Made by a program: the position numbers and the translations under genes. Shown one piece after another: positions 1 through 11,257 of a stretch of DNA of 64,000 bases. The DNA is from Pseudovirgaria hyperparasitica (Eukaryota): NCBI GenBank assembly GCA_010093815.1, contig ML996574.1. One strand, written 5' to 3'. The notes under the pieces were generated by a model, which saw nothing but the letters and a program-made list of their open reading frames with translations, was not told where the DNA came from and made no database searches. How positions within the stretch are numbered: the first letter of the stretch is position 1; every line of letters begins with the position of its first letter.

Positions 1-2369
1 GAATATAGTACTAAGTTTCCGCTTAATTCCTAGCGTATAGTAGAAATCCTTCTAAAATTTAGATGTTATCTATAGACCTCTATCCGAAACTATACCGTTT
101 AGTATACTATAGAGCCGGACTACGTCACGGAGTAGTATATCTATAAGATCCGGTACTTAGATCGTCTTCCTTATAGGGATATAGTATAATATCTTTATAA
201 ATCTATCTAGAACTATAAGTAAACTATTATAAATATATCTAGAATACTTACTTAGGGGTAGATCTATAATAAAATCTATTAATAATTCCTTCTATACCTC
301 CTTTAGTATAGGTAATGGCCTTAATTCGCTATATAGTAAGTATCTATATACTTTCGTATACTAGTAAACGTTATACGTTTTTACGTAGTCTTTTATATAT
401 TTATAAAGACCCGGCTAGTCGTATATCCTTTAGATTAAATTAACTATTCTTATAACGCTAAAGTGCTCTACTAACGCGTAATCATGCTATTCCCTTAAAA
501 TATTAATTTATAAGCCGTCTTCCGGCACGTAGAGTCGGCCTTAGAAGTAGATCGCGTCCGATTATCGTTTCTACCTTAATAACTATGGTAGATCTATAGC
601 GCTTCCTTTCATGCTTATGACTTTCTTTACTAATATATTAGAATTCTAGGTAGATTTAATTAAGTCTTTAAGGGTTTTCTTAGTTTCTTAGATATTTATT
701 TAGATTACTTAATACCCGCTCTAATTCCCACGGAGAATCGCCGAAAGTATCCTAGCTTCTAGTATTCTATTAGATAACTAGTCTTATAGTATCTAAAGTA
801 TAGTATAGTCTAACTTATACCGACTATCTACGTTATTCTATAATAATTTCTTATAATCTTTACGCCGCGATAGAGGATTAGCTTTATTCTCTCTTCTAGC
901 TTTATATAAGATTTTAAAGTTAAATATTAATATCTACTTANNNNNNNNNNATTTCTTATAATCTTTACGCCGCGATAGAGGATTAGCTTTATTCTCTCTT
1001 CTAGCTTTATATAAGATTTTAAAGTTAAATATTAATATCTACTTAGCCTAACATACTTATCGGCGATTAAGGACCTTAGTTAATATAAAGTAATGTAGAT
1101 TTACGTAATCCGATAATAATTCGATCTAATATATAGAGCCTTCTAAATAATATCGCTATTACTTAAAACTCTTAATAATTATAAGTAGTTCCTAGTCATG
1201 CGTATTATAACGCGTCTCTATATCTACCATTTTATAGAAAAAGAAAGCGACCGGGTACTATTATACCTTATCTTTCGTATCTTTATACGGTTAACTAATA
1301 ATTCTAGTAATTACGAATCCTAACGCGTTAGTTTTAACCCGAATATACTTCTTAGGATTAAAATACCTAAGAATCGGCGTAGTTATAAAGTAATTCTTTA
1401 ATAATTAGAACGTATCTCGCGCTTCCGGCGTTAACTATATCTCGACCGACTTAGCTTTACGCTATACTCGCCTATCTATAGGGATTTTACCGCTATTCTC
1501 TATAAGTTTATTAAGCGGCGCTATAATTTATAAGAAGCCTATAATGAATTTACGATAATAGTTTACGAAACCTATAAATATTCTAATTTAATATATAGTA
1601 GTAGATTCTAGCTATTCTATAATAGTCTTTATACACTCCGGCTCTATTTTTAGGCCGCTATATATTATAATAAAGCCGAGAAACCTAACTTCTTATTAGT
1701 AAAACTCGTATTTAGATAATTTTACGTAGAGTTTATACTACCTTAGATAATTTAGTACCGATTTCACGTGTTCTTTATAATTCTATATACTATTAGAGTA
1801 AATTAGTATATTATCGAGATAAACTACGTAAATCACGTTAAGTAATCCTACGAGTGTAGTATTAATATATCCTTAGAACGCTCCTAGTGTATTTATTAGC
1901 CCGAATAGTATAATAGTATACTTAAAATAACTATATCTAGTCCGAAATGCGGTTTTCTACTTATCTCTATAATGAATTTAAAGCCGGTAATATATATCTC
2001 GTAAATCTAGCTTCGTAAAGTACTTTACCTTTATTAATTAGTCTAAAGATTTACTAACTAGCGGTAATAGATAACGATTCTTCTTAGTTACCGTATTTAG
2101 TACCCGATAGTCGACGTATAGATATAAACTTCTATCTTTCTTCTTTATAAAGAGAATAGATACGCCGGCCGATAACGTACTATAACGTATCTAGCCTCTT
2201 TCGAGGTATTCTTTAATATATTTATAAAGAACTTTAAGTTCTAGTCTTAAAAGTAGATAAAGTAGGCTATAAGGGACGTCTACTCCCTCTTCGAGCTCGA
2301 TCTTTAGCTTATATAGCCCGTGATTAGGGAGAAGTAACGCATCTTCTACCGAAAACACATCCGTATACT
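1..2369 (-). mobile_element. Ty3/Gypsy family A, copy 1 (RT-RNaseH-integrase part), interrupted at 2369 by family B
   Basis: Colinear with 12498-~14761. The minus strand near 1801-1833 reads IYVVYLDNILI (RIP'd YLDD). An integrase ELLIDF motif near 270-290 reads ELSMDF in copy 2. Confidence 0.9.
941..950. other. Assembly gap (10 N) with a 95-bp overlap duplicated across it
   Basis: 846-940 is repeated exactly at 951-1045. The homologous segment in copy 2 (near 13340-13440) is single. Confidence 0.9.
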
Positions 2370-2609
2370 TGTAAGGATTATAGACGTAGGATAGTAGTCT
2401 AACAGGTCATAGGAGGATTCGGGAATATATTTAAAAGGGTAGTCTACTCTCTTAACGAGGTTGATTCCTAAAGAGTAGGAATTAAGTATGTACGGCCTAC
2501 TTATATAGTAGTCTTGCTTATTCTAGCTGGCTTACCCTAGGTCCACCTATCACGGACTATACTAGACTATAGTATTCTAGTTAAGTCTATTCTAGTATTA
2601 GCCCTAATA
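2370..2609 (-). repeat. 3' LTR of family B
   Basis: Begins TGTAAG exactly where homology of A copy 1 to copy 2 stops, ends ...CCCTAATA (RIP'd CA end), and is adjoined by a minus-strand polypurine tract AAAAAGAAGAAGGATAT (2610-2626). No partner LTR in the window. Confidence 0.7.
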
Positions 2610-3177
2610 ATATCCTTCTTCTTTTTATGCTTCGCCCCGAAGTACTTAGCTATATATAAATCCGTAATTCCATAAGTATTATGTTTATACGCGTATCTAA
2701 TTAAATCCATATAACGTTATCGATAGTCTTTATATTAGTGAACTTAAGCTCTAGTTTACTTTTATTTATACACGCGCTTATCCCTTACTTTATAGCTACT
2801 ACCTTAGAGATAGCTCCGTGGGTTATATAACCGCTATATTAACTAAGCTTATATTTAGTTCTCTTATTCTAAATTTTCTTCTCTAGTATATCTACCTTAC
2901 TCTTAAGGTAAGTCGTTAATTCGTATACTATCTCCTTTAGTTTAGATCCGTTCGGGTCTAGAGTGGTCTATTTTTATTAGAGCTAGTCCTATATAATCTA
3001 TTCGCGTTATTACGGTTACTAATTTAGCTTCTTTAATCGCCTTTAAGGCTAAACGAGTATTCTACTCTTAGATCTCTAGCTAACGTGTGTATATAGATAT
3101 CTAATACTAGTCCTATTTCTAAGCCTGCCTCCTCCTCTCGCAAGACTTACTCTAAAGGGATTATCTCTACCCTAGCT

Positions 3178-4407
3178 ATACCGGCTAAAAAATCCACTTA
3201 TTATAGTAGTATAAAGGCGCGCTCTAAGTTAGAGAAGAAGGTAGCTAAGGCTACTACTACTATTATTATTACTACTAACGTGGCTACTAGTCGCTCTAAT
3301 CTAGGTAATTCTAGTACTAGTGTTACGGAAGAGATAGCTATAGAGCCTATCTATATCTACTCGCGCTATCTATCTACTCTATCTCCTTTAGAGGATAAAG
3401 AAGATCTTATTATAGACGATAATTAAGAGTTTACGCCTTTACTACCTCGCTCTAAATACTATTCCTCTTTTCGGTCTAATATAGACCGACTTAGTCGCTC
3501 TAGGTCCTTTTAGGACCTTAATATTCGCTCTAAACCTAGCCCTAGTAATAATAAGGTCTAGGTCGCCGAAGATACTAAACGTAGTCACGGTTTACGCTAT
3601 AGGAAAATGGTAAACTACGGTTTAATATACTTTAAGTATATTAAGGCTTACGCTACCGGCTCTAAATATCTCTTCCGCTCTAACTCTAGTATTAGCTACT
3701 ACTCTACTAACCGCGATGGGTCTATACGCCTAATCTTTAAGCTCTCTACCCGCTACCGCTACTATACCGTCCTTAGTAAAGTTTATCTTTAGATAAGTCT
3801 ATTAGACTATTTTAGTCTAGGGTAATCTAAAGTTATCTATACTAATATATTTTTAGGTTTCTATTTATATATAAGATATATATAATGATCTTCGCGTCCG
3901 CGAGACTCTCGGCGGTTCTAGTAGTTATCTAGCTTCTATATATAGAGAGTTTAGGGAGCGCTATAAGCTCTTTCTAGAGGTTATTAAAGTATAAGTTTAG
4001 AAACCGTTAATTATTATTAATCTTAGCTTATAATTTTTAGTTACTACGAGATTCCTAGTACTTAGGCTACCTATTCTAGGGAGTTGGTTTTAGCTACTAA
4101 GGCTATAGAAGAGATTTATACTATTTCTTTCTATCTACCTTATACTACTAACGGGTCTTATAAGAGATCTACTAGTTCTCCTTCTAAGTTACCTCGTAAG
4201 AGGGTATATATTCTATTCTAGATTATTCTAGACTACGTTAGCTAACTTTAGGTCTAGTCGCTCCGCTCTAGCGCTTAGTCGTTATCTTACTAGGCTCTAA
4301 CCAAGCGTGTAGTTACTCTAGAGGATAAGGTCTCTAACCTCTATTACTCTATTACTTAGTTAGTTCGTTTACTACGCTCTAAGAGTAATAATAAGATAGA
4401 GGAGTAG
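3178..4407 (+). pseudogene. RIP'd three-exon antisense accessory gene of family B (Cys-cluster plus C-terminal coiled coil)
   Basis: One frame 3178-3792 (ATA CCG GCT AAA, probably MPAK) has only three internal stops, all RIP-compatible TAA/TAG. Intron-like segments 3793-3856 (ATAAGT..ACTAAT..TTAG) and 3991-4040 (ATAAGT..TTTAG) keep phase. The last exon reads LTKRVVTLEDKVSNL. Confidence 0.65.
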
Positions 4408-5225
4408 CTCTATAGCTCTATTTACTAGGGTTTCTATATAGTATATATTAGCTCTATCTACCTAGTTTCTATCCGTTTTAGTCCTTTTTAGACCGTTTAG
4501 ATATCTATCTACTAGTTTTTTAGTAATTTAATTCTTAACTTAATAATATTATATACGTTCTTATTTATTCTATAACTATTAAATTTTAGGTTCTAATTTC
4601 CTTTAAGTTACTTAAGTATAGGTATTATATATAAATTAGTTTATCTCTCTAAATTATATTAGAGTACCTAAACTAGTAGCCTAGTAGTTATTAGTTTAGG
4701 TACTCTAACCTTTTATATTATATATTATAAGTTTAATTCCGTAGTAGGGTACCTTTTTAGTTTCTTGGTCCCATGTTCTTCTCGTGTGTAATGGTCTATA
4801 TTAGTCTATTCTAGACTTCTCCATGTTATTCTATTGTAATATATCGTGTCGCGTGCCTATAACGGTTATTTACGTTTTCTTCGCGTTTAGTAACTATGCA
4901 TCGCTTAAATTATAGGGCTACCTTATAGAGTTTTCCTAGTATGCGTTTAGGATTCGTGATTCGATACTTCGTTCTCTATAGTATCCTTCTTCTTTTTATA
5001 ACGGCCCCGACGGCGCTAGGTTTACGGTAGTAACGTGTTATTCTATAACCTCTATTTATATATAGCTATCGCGGTACTTAAGATATATACCGTAGGTTCC
5101 TAGGTGTCCTTATCCTTGGTAGAGTTCTTCTAACGGATTTAATACTTTTAGACACCGTTCTCGTCAAGCCTATGTTCAATAATATAGTCTACTTCGTATA
5201 CGTCTAGTCTATCTTAGGGTATAAT

Positions 5226-5796
5226 TGTAAAAAGGGCAGGTATAAATAGATATATAATATTCCTTATATAAGGAATATATATCTAAATAGAGTTATATAA
5301 TAGGATCTAGCCATAATAGACTATTATATAATAAACGGATCGGCGGAGTATAGCTTAAAGATAATAAGAATATAGTATAATTCTTAAAGTAAAGACTAGA
5401 TAGAGAGAGAACTAAATACATAGAGAGACCGTTTCTTATATATTCCTCCTTATACATTCTAGATCCTTCTCTTAATTAATAATAGGAATCTTCTAGACCT
5501 CTAGACGTACGTATATATTCTATAGCTCTAGTAGTTTCCTTAGAATAGAATAGAGTAGAGTAGAACTCTATAGAACTTATAGACTCTATAGTAGAATCTA
5601 ATAGAACTCTATAGAAGTTCGTGTTTCTAAAGACCTCTAGAAGTTTCTAGAGGGTTCTAGAAACTTCTATAAGGGTATAGAGTATTTATATATATAAGTA
5701 GATAATATTAGTAATATTAATTACTAATATTAAGCTATTCCTAATAAGGAAGTACCTTATATAAACTTATTAGATATAGTAGAGGTTAAGTTTACA
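5226..5796. mobile_element. Solo LTR of a third family, inserted in the family B integrase
   Basis: TGTAAA...TTTACA termini flanked by the 5-bp TSD ATAAT (5221-5225 and 5797-5801). Removing it plus one TSD copy rejoins the integrase C-terminus to the chromodomain in frame. Confidence 0.88.
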
Positions 5797-8700
5797 ATAA
5801 TAGAGTGTAATTGCACGTTCGTGTGTTTGTATACGTTAGGTCGAAACCTTTTAAGTAATAAGACGTGGAATATATTATGACTTTTATATTATTTTCTAGG
5901 TCGAGCTCGTAGGCTCTTATACTAATGCGACGTTTAATTCGGAAGGGACCAGCCATTTTATAATCGAGCTTTTTATTTACTCACGATGTTTATATATTAC
6001 GGATATTAAGTAGGACTTTATCTCCCTCCTCGTACGCTTAATCTTTAACTAATCTATTATAGTACTTTATATATAACTCATTCGCTTACTAGATTATTAC
6101 GCGACAGTTACGTGCAGTTTTAAAGATTTTAATTGCTAGTTTCTACGCGTGGACGTTAACATCTATCGTTCGGTCGAACTAGACCGTGTAAGGTTCGAAA
6201 CCTATCCTTAGACTACGTCCTAGGTTCGCCTAGAAGGGCGTAACACCTATTATACTATAACGACTATTATTATACGCGAATTCTACTATACTTAGTAGAG
6301 AGGCCTAGTTATCTTATTCGAAATTATAGAATGCACGAAGGTAGGCCTCGAGCGTTTAGTTCTATCGCTCTATCTAACCATCTATTTATAGATGGAATGC
6401 TATTAACATATTTCTATTTATACCGGCCATTTCGTAGAATAACGTCTAGAATTTAGACGTGAATATACTCCCTCGGTCCGTAACGATCCTTTTTAGTATA
6501 CCATAGACCTTAATAATCTTATTCTAGAATACTTATACTAGTTCTTTTAATATAATCATCTTCTACATAGGGACGTACCTAGATATCTTTATAAGTCTAT
6601 CCACGATAATAAGAATTAAATTATAACTTATTCTAAGTATCTCGCTTAGAGGTAAGTTAACTATAAAATCTATAGTAATATCTTTCTATATAAAGAGGGG
6701 GACTAGTAGAGGCTGTAAGTTCCTATATGGCTTATGCCTAGGTGCCTTTATTCTTTAATAAATTAGATAAGTAGCTATCTATTCTTTAACGTACTTAGGT
6801 ATATCTTTCTAAAAATAGTACTAATAAATCGAGCTTAGGGTGCGTATATACCTAAAATATTCTACTAGGTTAGCGTTATGGTATCGGCTAACTATAGTAA
6901 ATTGTGCGTTACCCGTTAGTATATAGTACTTTCTATTATAGTAGAGTAAGCCGTCTACGAAGGTCTACTTATAGTCTACTTCGGTCCGTAATAACCTATC
7001 TTACTATATTTTATATAACTTTAAAACTATTAGGTCTATCTTTTATAGATCCACGATTAACTAGGCGAGGTCTACTTAATATACACGCCGGGTACTATCG
7101 CCCTCCCTAATAGCGCCGATAAATGGCTTACTAGGGACTTTAGTACTATGTCTTTAGTTACCGGCTTCGGTCTTATAAATTCGATTACTAGTATCGGCGT
7201 TAGCATCTCGCTAATCGTCGGATAACTTATTATCTAACCTCGTCCTTAAGAGTTAGGCCTATAGCTACTCTAGGACCCTATGGCCACTATAATCCTAGGT
7301 GCCTTCTTCATAGTTAGGTCTTCTTAATATTCTATTAGCTAGGTTTATACTTCTAGGTTAATGGTAGATTATAAAGTAGAAATTTATAAGCTACTTAGCC
7401 TATCGAACCTATCGATGATTTAAAACCGTCGTGCTTATAAACCCCTTTAAGTTATAGTAATTAGTTAGTAACTTAACGTTATACATAGTACCTTTAAGAT
7501 AATATCGCTACTACTTAAACGACTCTACTATTACTAGTAGCTCTTAGTTATAAATAGTATATCTAGTCTCGACGTCGGCTATCTTACGCGAGAAGAACGT
7601 AACTAGATACTATTAGACCTTTTTAGACTCTATTAGTCTAGACTAGGAGAGTATACCCGAGATTATAAATCCTAATATATTAGTTTTAACGCGAATAGGT
7701 TTGGTTAGATTAAAGTGCACTAGTAATAGGGCGGTTATAAATGCTTCTTTAATCTTCTTAAAGGATGTTCTTTCGACCTTAGTTAATTTAATAGATTATA
7801 ATTTAATATTACGCTATTTCTATCTACCACGGACCATAATAGACGAGTTAGTAGTAGTAGTACGCGTATTAAGTGGTGCGGCTAAACGGGAGAAGTATTT
7901 AATAAATTTTCGGTAGTAGTTGGCAAAGCTAATGAAGACACGTATATCTCGAACGGATTTTAGTTTAGGCTAGTCTATAATAGTAGTAACTCTATCTCTC
8001 TCTATGGTTATACCTTAATTAGTAATAACGAAGCTAAGAAAGTTAATATGGTCCTAATGGAACTCGTATTTAGATAGCTTAATGTATAGCTTATACTTTT
8101 CTAGCCTATCTAGGACTATACGTACGTACTAGATATACTCATCCTCATTATCTAAGAAGATAAGAATATTATCTAGGTATACGATATATATCGTGTCAAG
8201 TAGACCTACTAGCGCGTTATTAATATACGCTTAGAAGGTGCCTAGCGCGTTAGTTAGTCTAAAAGGGACTACGGTATACTTAAAGTATCTATAACGGGTC
8301 CTAAAAGCCGTTTTCTATTCGTCGCCTTCCTTAATACGAAGGCGATAGTAGGCGTTACGTAGATCGAGCTTAGTAAAGATCTTTACATATCCTAGTCTAT
8401 TAATAGACTCGGAGATAAGAGGTAGTAGGTAACGATTCTTTCGTGTAATATTATTTAGGCTATAGTAGTTAATATATAGATGGAGGCTTCTATCCTTCTT
8501 CTTTATAAAGAGGATTAGAGCTCCGGCTAGGGATATACTAGGCCTAATCTATCCTTACGTAAGGTTCTTTTTAATGTATTCTCGAAGGGCTTATAACTTA
8601 GGTTCTAAAAGAGGGTAGATAGGTCTATATAGAGGTTACTAGCCGTCTTTAAGATTAATAGTAAGGTCGGTAGATTAGTATTAAGGTAGTTCGGAGGAAT

Positions 8701-9563
8701 CGATCGCTAACGTAATATGTTAGTATATTTTATACTAATGTAGTAGGTTTTTATCTACTTTAATACTAAGCTCGCTATTTTACGTAAGTAAGAGTACGTA
8801 GATAGTCGAGATCGCCTTCTTATAATCTTTCTAGAATTATTCGTCGTTAATAAGCTGTACTAGTTCCCATTAAGGTGGGTTTATACGCTAGCTAGCTATC
8901 TTCTTAAGGAAGTCTAGTTTTAGATTATATTTCTTAAGCTACGGTATACCTAGGATTATGTCGAAGGGACTATCTACCACGATAAAGGTTAAGTAGTAGA
9001 GTTTCTATTTCCCTCCGCTATCCTAGATGCCGTATTTAATAGTATAGATACCGTGTAACTTAATAGGACTATCGATACTATAGAATATAGTACCTATTAG
9101 AGCTTAGATATCGGCCTTAAGTTCTCGTGCTCGTTAGGTCGATATAACATTAGTAGCCAACCTACTATTAAGTATTATAGTCTAATATTATCCACGAGGG
9201 ACCTTAATAGGTCTAGCCTATAGTTCGATATACTATTTAGCGGATTACCCCTCTATTATAGTCGCGTCTATAAGTCGCGAGGGTTTCTCGTAGGCTATTA
9301 GTTTTTTATATTCTATGCTAGATAGTTAGGCGTGATATGTTCTAGCTACTAGTACTTATAGTATATAACTAGTTAGTTAGTTATATTAGCACTCGGTGGC
9401 TTCCCCAAACGGTACTTAGGTACTAGATAGTCTATTCTACTATAGGTGTAGTAAGTAACTTTAGGTCATTTATACGAGTCGGTCCTCGTATCTCGATGTA
9501 TTGATTGGTAGAGAGATCCACGATACGATCCGCGTGGTTTTAAATTTAAGGCGTGGTAGTAGC

Positions 9564-9791
9564 TGTAAGAATAGGGTTATTGGATAGTAGTATAGTTAGA
9601 TAGAATAATAGGGTGTATTCTATTATAGAACGAATTACTACTAAACCCTTTTAGTAGGAATCTAAGAGTATATATATAAAGGGACGCCGATCTATCTAGC
9701 ACGTAACTATTTACCGCCCTTTACGTTACCTCCTAACCCTATTAGCTAAGGTATATATAGGTCGGGTCCTACCTAAGGCTAAGTCCTAATA
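9564..9791 (-). repeat. 3' LTR of family A
   Basis: TGTAAGAATAGGG...GTCCTAATA; matches 16719-16946 (direct) and 18210-18437 (inverted); adjacent minus-strand PPT GAGGGAAGAGATAA. Confidence 0.92.
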
Positions 9792-10275
9792 ATTATCTCT
9801 TCCCTCTAGGAAGCTGCCCTTAGTAACCTAGATTATTATCTATCTCTATATCCCTATTCTAAGTCTCGTAAGACCTTAGTCGTTCTCTACGCTTCGTCTT
9901 AGATACTTACTAATATTTACTAATCTAAGATTTATATAAGCGTTTTCCTAATAAACTAGATTTTATCTATCTTAACTTCTTATATAGGTGAGATTACCTA
10001 ATTAGGCCTAGCGTATCACGTAATATAATTAGGTAAGCCCGGGTGCTACCTATATTAAAATCTTTTCTTAGAAATATTCCTTTCTTTAAAAAACTTCTTA
10101 ACTCTTTATAGAGTTTTTTAGATTATTAGATATATCACCCGATCCTTATAGATATAGATTTATATAGATTTACTATAATTTAGTACGATTTACGCAATTT
10201 ACTAATTTTTGTACCGTCCTTAGCTAGTAATAATATAATTCGTAATAATCCGTATAAATTAATAATAATCTTAAT

Positions 10276-11257
10276 ATGGTTTCCCGAAATCTTAACGCTC
10301 TAAAGTAATTAGTACGGAAACAGGCGCCTTCGAATAATCCCTATCTTATATATATTACCGACATGTCGAAAGCCATTAATCTACCCCGACCTAGGCCGGG
10401 CTCTAATAATCTAGCTATATATTATTATGGTTATTGCTTTCCGTCGTACATTACTCACGGTAGTACTAAATCTATAATATACGGTACTTATATAACTAAG
10501 AAGCGTTATTACTTATAGGTATTTAAGTAAGTTCGAAGAACTTTATATAGATTTACTTATATTAGTATAGATTACTACTAGGCCTCTAGTAACCCCTACT
10601 AATAAGGAGCGTAGTACTACTAATCGTAACGCCTTAGAGAAGGCTTTCTACGAGCTATATACCTAAGGTAAGGGTTACGCCTAGGAGTATAATTCTAATA
10701 AGATCTATAAGGATTTATCGGAATCTACTATAGCTATTATTACCGCGATTACTAGGTAATATTATTTTTCTTAAATCGTTATAGATTCTTACTAATATAT
10801 ATTAATCTCTATAATAGTACTAAAATCTCTACTACTTCGGACTTCTTTCTATACACTAGTAATATTAGAATTCCTAGAAAAGGTTCTAGTAAAAAGGCTA
10901 AGGTTCCTTCCTTACGCGTGCTAAAGAGCTATAAATTTAGGGAAGATAGCTCTAATCTAGAAGTTTCTATACTAAAGGTATGTGGTTCTATACCGATCGT
11001 TAAATCTTTTCGCTAATTTATATAATTCTTAGCGTGCCTACGCCGGTCCGTCCCTCTCTATCCCGGGTCCCGCCGCTCCATAGGTTTCTATAGAGGAGTT
11101 TATAGCTATAAGGCGCGCTATATAGAATTTATAGCGTCGGAACGAAAGGCTAGAGACTTATATTATAAAGCTCTATACTATACTAAATAAGAACTAGCGG
11201 AAGGAATTAGATATAACCATCGCGGTAATTAGTACTTCTACTCCTACTCCGACTTAA
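10276..11257 (+). pseudogene. RIP'd multi-exon antisense accessory gene of family A (Cys-cluster plus coiled coil); 5' end uncertain
   Basis: Frame 10276-10518 reads PYLIY...GYCFP...IYGTYITKKRYYL*, followed by GTATTT..TAG (10519-10570). A canonical intron at 10978-11032 (GTATGT..GCTAAT..TTAG) precedes a last exon reading EEFIAIRRAI*NL*RRNERLE. Confidence 0.62.

Larger units (their letters stand above)
2370..9563 (-). mobile_element. Ty3/Gypsy chromovirus family B, 5'-truncated (gag knuckle, PR, RT, RH, IN, chromodomain, 3' accessory region, 3' LTR)
   Basis: Minus-strand RIP'd motifs: CCHC knuckle ~9325-9365, protease LNSR (from LDSG) ~9160-9172, IVYLDNIL ~8162-8185, DITIDF ~6665-6682, AFH-x-x-x-DG-type motif ~6375-6400, EFAYNNS...GVTPF ~6232-6284, HNIFHV ~5862-5879, chromodomain YEVDYIIEHR...IR*KN...DT*EP ~5093-5200. 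Confidence 0.88.

Noticed and set aside
846..1045. 95-bp tandem duplication
   Set aside because: Identical copies flank an N gap and the duplication is absent from the sister copy; scaffolding artefact.
5540..5670. Short repeats resembling a CRISPR array or satellite
   Set aside because: Irregular degenerate repeats inside a solo LTR in a eukaryote; no repeat-spacer periodicity.
6187..6245. TGTAAG...TAACA resembling LTR ends
   Set aside because: The minus strand is continuous integrase coding sequence (GVTPF motif).
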